Positions 51,262 to 64,000 of a stretch of 64,000 bases of DNA are shown here, in pieces. Position 1 is the stretch's first letter. The number at the start of each line of letters is the position of its first letter. The translations under genes were made by a program, and so were the position numbers. The stretch lies in contig CM074515.1 of assembly GCA_037379345.1 (NCBI GenBank), positions 51,093,743 to 51,157,742 on the forward strand, given 5' to 3'. Below the pieces are notes generated by a model. It had not been told where the DNA came from. It saw only the letters and a program-made list of their open reading frames with translations, and did no database searches. Source of the DNA: Perna viridis. Its lineage: Eukaryota.

Positions 51262-53939
51262 TGTATGGAGAGGATATATATAGGCCTTGCCTGCTATCCA
51301 ATCCTATTCAATTTATTTATTGAATAAAATATGTTTAAATCATCAAATCAGAGCTGACAAAAATTATCAAAGTTGTTTTTTATTAATGTATCTTCGGGAG
51401 CGTTAAAAGGTTTCACCTTCATCATATTAAAAAATATCAAATAGTTACCGGAATCATGTTAAGTAAGTTACATTGAAAAAGGTATAAAAATTCAATTTGT
51501 ATCGGTGATGAGCGTGAATTACTTGACCGACAACAAACAAGAATAATTCAACATGAGAAAAGAGTGCATAATTCTTCGGTTTTTTTAACCGAGTACGTAA
51601 CTTTCCGGAACACCGAGGGGTAACAAGAACTTCCGGTTATGGTAAAAGGCGATACAAATTTGGATGTAGAATTCGTGAAAAATCAAGATTTTATGCCAAT
51701 AAAATTATTCTTCCCAATTTTGAGAGAATGGGGCATTCGACCGGTTTAATGTACGCCCGTTTGAAAAATTAATGTATATAAAACGCACTCAAGCCTGACA
51801 GTGTATGCATTCGAACAACATTCGGGTTGATAATTCGACTAATTTTAGACTATAACTAATTAGCTTGAACATAAGATATGCGTTCTATACTTATTATCGC
51901 AGGTGCGGAGCTTTAAAGGGGGATTCAGTGTTTGGAAACCTTTTGTTTATTGGAAAAGTTTGCTAATTTTATGTAAACTTCGGACTTAGGACAAAAACAA
52001 GTCATTATTAACCTTGTATCCCGATTTTTCTCCGGTCAACCCTCCCTTTTTGTAATCGCTTATATGATTTCTTGCACTCGTAATGTCAGTACTTTTTATT
52101 GGCATATTTTTTGCATAACTATATATTTATCATTCACGTTAAGCTGCAGATCGTTTGCATTGTTTACCGCCATATCGTCATAAAGTTCTAACTTCATATG
52201 AGATAAAAATGTACTTCTTACAAATGTTATACACGTGTGATTCTTGCTTGTATGAGAACGGGGAGTTTACGTAAAATGATCGGTTAGCCTTGAACATTTA
52301 ATTTACTCAGTTTCCGATTCAGGCACAGGGACTCGTTACAAGACTGTATAGGTCATATATAGAAGCAGGGCCTAGATATCTATAAATATTCATTTCCAGT
52401 TGTTTAATTTGATTCCTTGTCTGATTCCCTGGTCAATATCTATGGCAGACTTTTTTATTTTTGGTGCTAATACCGCGCCATAAATATCATAAGCAACCCA
52501 AAGATCTCTAAAATATTCCTCTTTTATGTTTGTTTTTGCTTGTATCAGAACGGGAAATTGAAATTAAAAGATGAAATGATTAGTAAAATAGCATTGAATT
52601 AAGGTATTATCCTCCAGTTTCCAGTTCAAACAGTTGACTATACACATACAGTTCATATATATATAATCGGGACCCCAATATCTATATATACCAATTGCCA
52701 GTTGTATATTCTAGTTCCGGGTAACCAGTTGTTTTGATTGAAAATATTCGTTTCATCACGGTTAGAAAGAGCACGCAATCGTATCAAGGGAACCAAGATT
52801 CTAGCGGAAGTCACCTGATTTTAAGGTATGCATATCGCCTTCGTGCCATTTCGGATGTTGAAAGTAAGTCCAAATCAGTGGCAGAGAATATTTGACGATT
52901 AGCGACTTGATGGATTAATATAATACGTACTCTGGTATTACAAAAAATATCAGAGAACTATATTTTTTTAAACAAGAGAATGAATGGCAGGAACTGCCTG
53001 TTAACATGCTTGTTTTCGATTTCCACTTTTTACAAAACTTTGCAAACTATGAGATTCTTAGAGGCTTGTCTGGCACAGGTAAATATCACCTAATTATATA
53101 AAAACGAGTTTACTAGAGCAGTTATTTCGAGTGACGAATTAGTTATTCCTAAAAGACTTATTGTACCTTCTGTCATAATAGAATACATAAAAAGAGCCTC
53201 AAATCTATGAATGGTCTCCATTAAATCAGCGGTGCATGAGTTGGGGATGAACAATGGTATGTAAGGCGAGGAAAATTTATCAGACACATCGCACGTACAG
53301 GAAATAGTTCCCAGAATCATCACTTCCCTCCAGCATTAATTATAAGTAGTCAACATGCACTTGCAAGGTGTGTACATGTAATAGACATTAACCTTATCAC
53401 TCAGGTACAAACTCAGTGTGCCTTTATTGTTCAAGGTCGAAATGGTAAGTATTGTGTCACACAATTGCTTCCATATTCTAACAGCAAAACTCCGCATAGG
53501 GTTTGAACTTGTTGGAACAAGAACTGTTGTCAATCTTCACCTATTAATAAAAAGAGTAGAACAAGGAAATCTACTCCAGTATCAAGAAAAAAGTTACTAA
53601 TTAATCTAGAGACAACCCAGGAAGATGACACTCTCAATAAAACACGTACATGTAAATGTAGATGTTAGTCCTGAATTACCACATGCTTAACTTAACTATG
53701 AAAAAGAGGAAACTCGATTACAACGAAAAACATATCCAGGCAGACATTTTAGCACAAAGTATACCTGATGTAGGAACGTTCGTAAGGTTCTAAATCTACA
53801 AAGAGTAATATTGTTTTGTAATCTAATATTCTGAATTAATTTTCAATCTTCTTTGTACAATCTGTAATTCAGAGATTCTGGTGAGTTTTTCACTTTTGAG
53901 TTCCACGGCTGTGGAAATTGGTTTAAAAGGCTTTGCTAA

Positions 53940-54800
53940 ATTGTCAAAAATATCTAAAATGCATTATGTCTGTGTTGTTCGTTCCAAACAAAAGACAAAC
54001 CACACTCATCCAATATTGATTTAACCTTTTGTACCCAGAATATTCTATCGCCATATTTTTTTAAGAGCAAAGTTAAATAAAATGGCAGGTAACCTTTCAG
54101 ATTTTCCAGTAACTAGTTTAAGCCAAAAGTTACCGACCCTCAGTTTAATTTTTATTTCCAAACGATATCTGCCTAGTTTCCCGTACACCATAAAATCTGG
54201 GATTGAATTTTTTATGTGCATTGGGGTCTTACACAATTTAAGATGCACCCTTTCTATAACAGTATTATTTTCAATGCCCCAAAACTTTGCAACCGTATAA
54301 GAGAATAGGTTGTATAACTTAGTCAAATAAATTTAACTGGCATTCCAGAGATAAGCTGTGTAATCTGCATTTACATAAAACATCGTACATGGCTCGATTT
54401 GCCTATTCTACGTTTGTCTTTTTCGCTTTTGAAAAACTACCTGTTCTTAACAACAATATTTCCAAATAATTGAAACTATCAACCGTATCAAGAGATGCAT
54501 CATTGTACATTGTACTTAAAACTTATTTTTTTAGACATCTTGCCTTTTGAAAGAAACAACTGATAGTAGTAACACCGTGTCGTCAGCATATAATACAGTG
54601 AAAAGATTTGAAAAATGAGGAGTTTCAGTTTCAATTTCTTCTGTTCAAAGATTTAGTCCATGCATGTTTCGATTCTTGAAAAAAGTCTTCTAAATCATTG
54701 ACATATATTGAAGAGTATAGGTGACAAGTTTTCTCCTTGTCCGACACCTACATGTATGTAACAAGGAAAGAAATCGGAATATTCTTTCCCATCAATTAAA
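53940..54800 (-). mobile_element. Degenerate LINE RT C-terminal half
   Basis: VGQGENLSP, LLYADDTV, FNYLE, IERVHLKLCK...MVYGKLGRY. Confidence 0.85.
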
Positions 54801-55029
54801 TACTCTATATTATTGATGCTGCGCCTAAAAAAAACACTGAAGACAGCCCTACTTAAATATACATCAAACAATTACACCAATGAACAGACACTGTTTATAT
54901 TCGGTTAATCTTTTATAACATTGATGTCACTTTGATTAACTGGTAACACAAATTAACTCAATAACAGAAAGGAATGCATGCATGTATACTTATGTTATAG
55001 GTCTAATTATGTCGATAAATGAATATTTT

Positions 55030-55830
55030 GCACCCCAAAACGTTCGTCGTGTCAAGATTTTTGATTTATCTCTAAATTAATTTCAAATATCTATATATCA
55101 AAATGAAGCACAAATTAAAAGCTTAGGAATACGATAAACATTTTTGACATACTTGAGTAAATTCCAAATAGTTTATGTTTTGTTACCATACCCCCGTAAA
55201 AAATGCACAAATCACGTAAGAGAAAGAGTCCGTCCTGTATAGATGTTTCCCTTTTAGCTTTCTCAAAATTAAATATTCTTATATAAAAAAATACCGTTTA
55301 ATACAGACTTTACGAATATGTAAAACGTTTTTGACAGACATTTATCACTTAGAGAAAAAAATACATTGTTTGTTCCCACTTCCAATAACAATTTTGAAAA
55401 TTTCCTGGTAGAAAAAGTTCGTGCTGTGAGATTTTGAATTAATTTTTCAAAGTTTCAAAAACATATACACCGTACATCAAATATACCCAAAAAAGTTTTA
55501 AGAACATGTTACGGATTTGTGACAGACATGAATTAAAATCCAGATATTTGATGTTTTCTTACCGTACCCCCGTAAAAAAAACGACACAAATCACGTATCA
55601 GAACAAGTCCGTCCAGTCAAGATTTTTTTCACTTTGACTTAAAATGAAATAATTATCATATCAAAATATACATATTAGTATAAGCTTTAAGAATAAGTAA
55701 ACATTATTTGACAAACATGACACATTTTTGAAAAATGAAATTTATTCAACAACATGTCACCCTTTCCATCGCAATTTTCTTATCAGCAAAAGTTCGTCCT
55801 GTCAAGATTTTCGCTCTATCATTTTCCAAC
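55030..55830. repeat. Degenerate satellite array, ~187-bp monomers organised as ~375-bp dimers
   Basis: GT(T/C)CGT..TGT.AAGATTTT-like motif at ~55040, 55230, 55415, 55608, 55790; alternate units are more alike (TACCCCCGTAAAAAA..CACAAATCACGTA at 55189 and 55565). Confidence 0.7.
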
Positions 55831-58191
55831 AAACTTTAAATCATTTAAGGGCACTTTTATTCTTCCTTCGAAATCCTTTTAATGTTTCGAATGCCATTAA
55901 ATAAGATAAAAGTTATAGCCAAAAATGTATCGGAAAAAAGAAATGCTCGTCCTGTTCTTAAATCAACCCCTCGATCTTCCGGCGAAAAATCACTCATGAG
56001 TAACATGTTTATTTTTCATTCGTCAAATGTTAGTGCTTTCTTTGTAACCGTGTCGATCGTGTCGATTTTAAAAGAAACGTGTTTTAATTTATACATAACC
56101 TGTATAAATAACTGATTTAAGACTTTCAACAAAGAAAGATGTTGGAAAACTACGACGTTCAGGGTTAGAAGAGATATTTTACAAATTAATAATTTTAGAA
56201 ATGTGAAAGAAATATGTTACAAAAAAAAAAAAAAAAAAAACAGAAACATTATTAAGCAAAAAAAGATACGTACAAACTGCAAGTTACAGTGAAAAAAATG
56301 CATTTCACAAATAAATATTTAAACAATCTTCGATTAACAAAGGAAATACAGAGAACAAATAAGCAAGTAACAGAGTTAAAAGAAACGCATGAACATATTT
56401 ACGGTGGATATCGCCTTCCATAATGAAAAGGAGCGTGTATCGGTTCTCTGTAAAATATCTTTGAATGGAATTTTTTCTTCTTTTCCATTGCTTGTGTACT
56501 ATAATAGTTCAAGGAGTGATGAAGTTGAAATGGTTTATGCTACAATGTAATAAAAGATGTTAATTGTCTTTTGGTTCTCAAGCTTTTTCATAATCATTAT
56601 CTGATTAAGATGTCCACGAGAAAACCATACAAAACCGTCCGAAAATGATATTAGCAATTACGTATAAACTTTAGTGCATCTGGTAGGATCCCATGAGAAA
56701 CTTATAATTGAAAAACAATTTTTAAATGAAAGATGACGGAGATATGACCGTCATTTTGATGTAAGGGTTTTCCCGTAAAAATGGGAATTTTCATGGCTGA
56801 GACATGCAAAAGAAGGTCCCAAATTAGGGATTAAGCCTATAATTGCCCTTATCTAAACCAATACCTTTCAGCGAAGTGTGATAAACTCTAACGAACATGA
56901 CAAATATATTGGTTCTAATAATGACCTTGACAAATTTATTTGACCTTGAACTTTGTCAAAATTTTTAGAAAATTGTTTCTTCTACCACATTTCAATGCTC
57001 TGTTTTTCCTAAAAAGCTGACTTGTTTATAACCAATAAGGTGCACCCTTTTTTCCTATCAAGATAGGCCTTTGATATTTGGCATGTTGGTAGGTACAACT
57101 TCCAGATTATGTATTGACTACAGGGATTGGTGACAACTGACCTTGAACTATGACCTTCAGGAAAAATTTAGGCTTCAACAAACGTGAGGAATCTGACAAT
57201 ACAATTGTAATATAGTAGCCGCATTGATAAAGGATGGACTCAGACACAAACATTCAATTAACAAAGGTTGAAAGGAAACCTAATAAATCAGATAGTAAAC
57301 CAGGCGTTATTAATATATCGCTTAACAGTGCATTGTGTTGAAAACAAAGAGATCATTGAAAGACTCGTCAAAGTCAAAATAAACAATATGATAAACAGAA
57401 TAGACAGTGGCTCTGGAATCCCCTATCCCAGGTCGCGCGGCTAATCATCCCCACTTTCCGGTTTTACTAATTACCGCACAAAAACCGATACAACAGACAA
57501 GAAAGGACACAAATACGAGAAGTACAAATTTCAAAAGTTGGTAATTGGTAATATTTGTAAAATACTACCATGTCTTAGGATTTTTTTTTATAACCAAACT
57601 GTTTTTAACGCTGGGAGTTTTAGATTCTAGTGAAAATTGAAACTTAAACAAACTTTCAAAAATTGTAAAATATTTTTAACTGTAATCATACATTTGTGTT
57701 TCCCAACATGTAAAAACTGAATGTCAATCTTTACTTCTGTTTTCTGGTGTATAAGCTGTTATCATTATTTAAACCGTACCCAACTTCATACACATTTTCA
57801 AATTTTGTTTCATTTAACCTTTTTCCCAAATGTTTAAAGCTGTCCAAAGTTACTTTGCATTAACCATCCAAACGTATTTTAAATGCATTTATCCTACACT
57901 GTTATAATACTGAAATAAAACCATTTTCAGCTTAAGTAGATAATTTTCTTGATAAGATTTTCCAAAACTAAAGCATTTTTATCAATTTGAATTTTTTTGC
58001 AAATTTGTTTTGGTTTAAATTACTCCTCTTCACTTCCTGTTTATCATTACTAAAATATAAATGGATGACGATTTTGACTGATAGTTGTGTTATATGAAAT
58101 ATGCTTAACTCATCTAAGGTTTCTTGACACATCACTGCAAGAACTTAATTCCCTGAATGGCATTTTATTACCAAACATCTTCCCGTAACAA

Positions 58192-58640
58192 CACAGACTT
58201 TCTGTATCGTGCTAGACGTTTTACAATTATGCTTCTGGAACAGGTTATGTTGCTGCAAGATTGAAGACAACACAACTGAAGTAGATGGTTATCATCATGA
58301 ACTCGTGGATCGTTACTGTGTGTCTGTCTGCACCATGAAAACTGATTTGTTTAATGTGGCATAGTTTTCCTCTCCTCTTTCGTTTACCCTGGACTTGAAT
58401 TTTAATGACTAATTCCGCGGTTGCTTTAAGAAAAAAAAGAGGACGCTTACCCTTCCAGTACACCTGGCCAACCCTCAGCTTTTAGTGAAGTCCGAGTTGC
58501 TCATTTACTTTTGTTACTTTGTATTATTTTGGTTATTTTATGATATTTGTTGTGTGGGTCTTTTTTCCATGTCTGGTCCTTGTCTCTGGATAACATTCTT
58601 TTGATTTTCGCTAGAATCTTGGGTCCCTTGATTACTGTTT
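58192..58640 (+). mobile_element. Penelope-like 3' fragment (RT C-terminus plus 3' UTR)
   Basis: CTTCTGGAACAGGTTATGTTGCTGCAAGATTGAAG...CATCATGAACTCGTGGATCG matches the reverse complement of 29800-29930; shared 3' end CCCTTGATTACT. Confidence 0.88.
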
Positions 58641-59028
58641 CAAGTCGAAAAAGGACACTCTCAAATCTCCAGTTGATTTGAAGACTAGATCTTAATTTTA
58701 TCTTGCAGATATTATAGAATATTGTTGAGCTGAACAATTACCAGAAACCTATTTACTGGTTTTAAAGGGATATTGAATGATATAAAAAGAATAACATTTG
58801 GACTATATTTTCGTGTAGAATTCAGAAATAATAGGGAAGTTCCAGACCTGAATCGATTACATAATAATCAAAAACCCTCAAAAACATGTAAATTATCACT
58901 TCTGTTTTATATTTGAAATATTAGATATGAATGAATGTGATTACATAAACTATGTATGTTTTGCCGAGAGATATGTCCCCCACCGTGCCTGCGCTACGTT
59001 ATAAAATCCTGTGAACACATTTTTCTTA

Positions 59029-59470
59029 AAAGAGTAATCAAGGGAACCAAGGTTATATCCGTAATCAAAAGAATGTAATCCAGGGACAAAAGACCAGACA
59101 TGGAAAACAGACATACACAACAAAGAACATAGAGTAACTAAAACCATACATACAAAGTAACAAAAGTAAATGAGCTACTCGGACTCCACTAAAAACTGGG
59201 AGCATGGACCAGGTGCACCGGTAGAATAAGCGTCCTCGGCTTTTCTAGAAACACCCGCCGAGTTGCTCATAAAAAGTCAAGTCCCGGTAGACAAACGAGG
59301 AAAGGAAAACTATGACCCGTTGACTAGATGAGTTTTCATGGTGCATATGGATACACCATAACGATCTACGAGTTCATGATGACAACCATAAAACTTCTGT
59401 AGTGATGACTTCAATCTTGTAGCAACATAACCCTGTTCCAGAAGCCTATTTGTTAGAGTTCTAGCGCAAT
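59029..59470 (-). mobile_element. Penelope-like 3' fragment, best-preserved 3' UTR
   Basis: RLLEQGYVATRLKSSLQKFYGCHHELVDRYGVSICTMKTHLVNGS* (stop 59312-59310), then shared UTR ending GGTTCCCTTGATTACTCTTT. Confidence 0.9.
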
Positions 59471-60039
59471 ATCTGGTCAATCTATATATCCATGTTAAAA
59501 TCAGGCAGATCCTATGATATGGTTTGTACAGGGTAAATTACATGCATATCCCATTGAATTGTTAATTTCAATGTAATGTTTATATCATCTGTATCTCAAA
59601 TAGCAAAAAAATGATTTGTTTAAAACGACAATGAATGGATATACAAACGATTTTAAATTTCCCCGACAAAGCAACAAATTTGTACACAAAAAAAAAATTA
59701 TCCCCCTTTTTCAATGAATTGTAATGTTTTCTATGTTTTTTAATTCTCTTTGACCGTTGCAGTTAAACAAAACCCCAAACTCAACTTTGTGATATGAAAT
59801 AGATGAAACCTTTTTAAAACATAATTTGCATGGACACTCTCTTAAGACATTGTCAATATGGTTGGTGATATAAATGACACAAGAAATTCTCAGAACATTG
59901 ACAAGTACAGAAAAAAATACCAAAGAAATGGTGTAATGAAGAACTGAAATATGCCAGGATAAAATATAATTGCATTCATTAATCTATATCAGATTCTTGC
60001 AGAAAAAGACCAACCACCAGGTACTGTATCATCATAACT

Positions 60040-60270
60040 TTCAGCTAAAGGATCAAGAAGGATTCTGACAAACAGTGATGGTCTGACTTGGATAAAAACA
60101 ATTGTAATGAAAAAAGAAGTGCTTTGAGGGTGCAATATGCAAATCGGACTTGCATGCAGGGCAGAGCGTCGTGAATGTCGTTGTCTGTCATGTCAACACC
60201 TTAAGTGTGTTGGCCTTAATTCTGTTCGAAAGGCCCTGTATTGGATGTGCACACCGTGCAATAGAAATTA
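60040..60270 (+). pseudogene. Possible decayed PHD-finger C-terminus of a DDE transposase
   Basis: ECRCLSCQHLKCVGL...YWMCTPC pattern; no intact frame. Confidence 0.35.
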
Positions 60271-60499
60271 AAGATATTTTATCAATGTGATAGCCTTTTA
60301 AACTGTGTTAATGTAAGAATATAATATAATAATTAAATAAAATAATGATAAACACTTTTTAACTTAATATTTAAATGTTATAATCTTCTTTCTTATCATT
60401 TAAGTAGTATTTTACCGCAGGAAGTTATCTCGCGTTGACTGGGATGTATTTTATCACAATAATGACATCAATAATACAAGGATTGATATAACTGATTAT

Positions 60500-62720
60500 A
60501 TTCTAGAAGCGACTCAGGCAACATAGCCGGATCATAACTGTTCATAAGGACGAACCGCGATGGCTTACTAGTAATATTCGCCGACGCCTGCGACAGAAAA
60601 ATAGGATCCACAAAAAGCGAGACGTACAAACAATCCTGGCGATTAGGAAAAGTTTCGTACAATTCTAAATGAAGTAACAGATCTATTTCGTAAATTCCGG
60701 AGCGATTATCAATATAAATTGACTAATAACTTATCTGAGGTCAAATCTTCGTCTCGTTCTTGGTGGAAGACATACAATCTTATAACGGGCATGAAATCTT
60801 GCCACTCGGGTATTCCTCCTTTAGTGAGAGATGATAACCTTATTTTCAACAAACTCGAAAAATTGAACATGTTCAACGAATATTTTGCTTCACAGTCTGC
60901 ATTAGACGATACTTCGATGCTTTTTTACCAGAATTACCTCTTAACGGACCACAAAAAATTGACAACATCATAATAACCGAGCGTATTACTTAATGATGTA
61001 CTATCTATATTAAACACATCAAAAGCTTCCGGAGCACACTTTTAAGTGAAGCTGCTCGTGAACTTACCTACCCTTTATGTAAACTATTTTACCTATTTTT
61101 GACATAAGAACTTTTCCATATTCTTGGAAAAGAGCAAAAGTGACTCCGGTCGATTAAAAGGGAGCATCAAGTGATGTAAAGAACTATAGATATATTTCTT
61201 TATTGTCACACATGTCAAAATGCATTGAACGTTGTGTTTGTAAATATACGCGCAACTTTTTGTTAGACAATTCTGTCATTACCGTACTAGTCTGGCTTCA
61301 CTCGTGGCAACTCGGCGGTTAACCAATTGGTAAATATCTCAAATGAAATGGGGAGGTGGGGGGGGGGCGAGGGGCACTTGACTGCGGAAAGGAGTTCAGG
61401 GTTGTTTTCTGTGAAAGCATCTCGAAATCATTATATCAAATAACGGGTCGTGGCATGATCACATACATTCGATCGTCGACAAGGCATATCGTCGTTTAAA
61501 CTTCCTTCGAAAATACATATTTTTGCTCGACAGGTTCTCACTAGAAACCACCTATATGTCCTATATACGACCGATACTCGAATAAGGAGACGTTGTGTGG
61601 GATGATGGCAATATAGGACTTATAAATAAAAATAGGTTCAACTGGATTCAGCTAAAATCGTGACGGATGGCACAAAACTAACGTCTCTGCAGAAGCTCTA
61701 CGAAGAGATTGTTTGGGAACGCTTAGCTACCAGACGTGAATGGCATAAATTAGTTCTATTCCATAAAATGGTTAATGGTATTGCAACGTAATATTTACAA
61801 AATATGGTTCCTAATATTGTCGGTGACCGTCAATTTCATAATACTCGTCAGGCTAATCTCATATCCGAACGTCGAGTAAGAACTCAATTCCTCGCCAACT
61901 ATTTGTTTACCTTCTCCTACCAAATCGAGGAGTAATCTTCCTTCTGATATCCGTAACATCGAGTCTCCTCATGTTTTTTTCAAAAAACATGTAATTAAGA
62001 ACACGAAGAAACGTCCGACATATTTTTACGCGGGTGACCACTAAAGACAGGCTACACGCTCGTCTATGTATGAATTGCTCCTCGCTCCGTGAACACCTAT
62101 TCGATCGCAACCTGATCGATTCACCTAATTGCGCATATGGAAATATTGACTCCACTTCCCATTATTTACTCAGATGCAACCGCTATACTCAGCTTAGACA
62201 CGACACGTTTTCGTCTTTTCACTTCCAGATTGATTTCGACGAATACACTCTGCTGATCTCAAATGATCAAAACAAACTATTATTTTTACAAGTCCACAAG
62301 CATATCATTGCAAACGGTTCACTTGAGATGCACTTCAACTTCACACATTTTAAAAAAAAATACTTAATATTATTTAAATATTTAATATCGATTAATTAAA
62401 TTATTCAATTTCTGTATTAATTTTTGTTTTTTCTCCCCATTTTTTCTTCTTTCTATAATTTTATTCATTTCAGTGATGTTAAATTTGGTATTCTCTGTAA
62501 TTCATATTACTTTAACACTATCCATTAACTTTTAGCAATTCATCGTTTCAGTAAATTCGTACACAGAGCATCAAACCATGTTATAAGATATTATATTTGT
62601 CATACCTTATATGGAGGTGGATTAATATAAGGTTTGCTTGTTTCCTGATCCAGTGTGTATTATTGTACTGTGTATAATTCAAACAGAAATGTATTTGACT
62701 GAATAAAATATGTTTAAACT
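60500..62720 (+). mobile_element. Degenerate CR1-group LINE (RT with internal deletion, 3' UTR)
   Basis: WWK..IPPL..KLNMFNEYFASQS, NYRYISLLS...K..ER, SGF..G.S..NQL, IRPILE*GDVVWD, HARL.M.CSSL..HLF.RNL.DSPNC..G..DS..HYLL.C; tail GAATAAAATATGTTTAAAC. Confidence 0.9.
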
Positions 62721-63014
62721 TAGTATTTTGATAACCTGATTCCGTTTTAATTGATGAAAAATCTTAGTTTCATTGTTGATTTTATGTGATGTTTTCAGTT
62801 AAATGTAAATACTCCAATTTACGTTCATTCCGCCTTTAAATATGGTAATAAGGGAAATTGGAACTTAGAGACAGGGGGCCACTGCCAACAAAATACACAA
62901 GATGGGCATCGAGAATACTCGGATGAAATTTGGAAGGTCGGCGTAGTTACGGAGATGGAAGTAGGCGAGGCCCCAGACGAGGTTTCACAACGACGTGGAA
63001 GAAGGTCTTTCCAG

Positions 63015-63340
63015 TTACTTTGCAGGTTTGGAACGTCAATGGTTTGAGTAAAATGAGTGATAAAATAATATTAACAGAATGCATTATCTGTAGTATTCTG
63101 CATATAATAGGATAACCGAAACGCATCTCATTGGTCAGGTGTATATTGACGCGGACGGGTACACGTGTTTGGTTACAAGAGAAAACAAATGCACGTGCGT
63201 GTGTGCTAGATCGTGCTCCGGAAGTGTTGGATTTTTAACAAAAAACAACTTTTTGTCAAATTATACCATCAGAAAAGACGGCATTGTGTGGGCCAAATGT
63301 ACTGAGAAAGACAACCCAGAAAAAATAATGTTATGAGTGA
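63015..63340 (+). mobile_element. LINE endonuclease N-terminal fragment
   Basis: LQVWNVNGL, IIGITETHL, SGSVGFL, DGIVW. Confidence 0.7.
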
Positions 63341-63429
63341 GCGGTATAGGCGAGCGGCGAAGTCACGATAAGGCTTTCAGTTTTCGAGTTTAATGTACCC
63401 ACATACAATACAAGAAAAAAGACGTTTGA

Positions 63430-64000
63430 ATAATTGAAGATGTATTAGATTAAGCAATAAGACATGTGGTCACGGAACCGTACTGTCACATTTCGAGAAA
63501 TTTGTGTTGTTTTTATTTTAAACATAATGTCTATTGCGAAAGGGAATAATCCAATTTCAGAATCGGTGTGGATATTTTTGAGACATGCCCAAAGACACAA
63601 TCTCACTGTCGTTAGATGGGATGGCTTTATTAGAAACCATATGGAGCAGTTCGTTCCTTTTTGGACTGGCTTCAACTCAAAGGTCAGGCAATCGCTTTCT
63701 CGTTGCACTTTAGTTGCCTATGTACCAGTGGTTGATTTAAAACTGAGCGATATGAGTACATGTACCATGTACACTACAATGAAGAAGTGCTCAGAAATGT
63801 CTAACAAAGTTGGACAAAAAAATGCTTTTCAGACATTTGACCAGCAGCAATGTCAGATACCTTTTAGTCACATATTTAAAGACACCTTATCATGTTTTAT
63901 TGAAGCAACTCGTAAATTGTGGGCCGACGGTGGACTGCGGGACCTTTTAGTTGACTCTGACGTTTATGCTGGTTGTACTGTTGACCAAATGCTACCTGGA
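63430..64000 (+). mobile_element. Decayed DNA transposase fragment, Academ-like; runs off the right edge
   Basis: PFWTGFNS, MYTTMKKC, QTFDQQ, KLWADGGLRDLLVDSDVYA..TVDQML; the family assignment is from motif recollection only. Confidence 0.55.

Overview
AT-rich eukaryotic genomic DNA, most likely a bivalve mollusc (oyster-like; inferred from the repeat families and frequent TACATGTA). It contains one apparently intact host gene that the ORF track misses: a spliced, minus-strand zona pellucida (ZP) domain protein (at least 8 exons, 30759-47788, all splice phases compatible, with furin site and hydrophobic C-tail). The rest is a dense set of decayed mobile DNA: a BEL/Pao LTR element, a Gypsy gag plus F-protein-like env patchwork between two 324-bp direct repeats, two head-to-head decayed Polinton-type protein-primed PolB genes, two DIRS/Ngaro remnants, several LINEs, Penelope-like 3' fragments, MITEs, Helentron-type satellite elements and an Academ-like transposase. 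The most interesting signals are RNA structures at retroelement ends: (1) a full-length non-tRNA SINE, present twice with the same 5' nucleotide, whose head folds into a pseudoknot plus hairpins; (2) a conserved double-pseudoknot-like fold just after the stop codon of Penelope-like RT copies; (3) a decayed circularly permuted twister ribozyme. No prokaryotic features and no CRISPR array. All calls were made by eye; no searches or folding programs were run.
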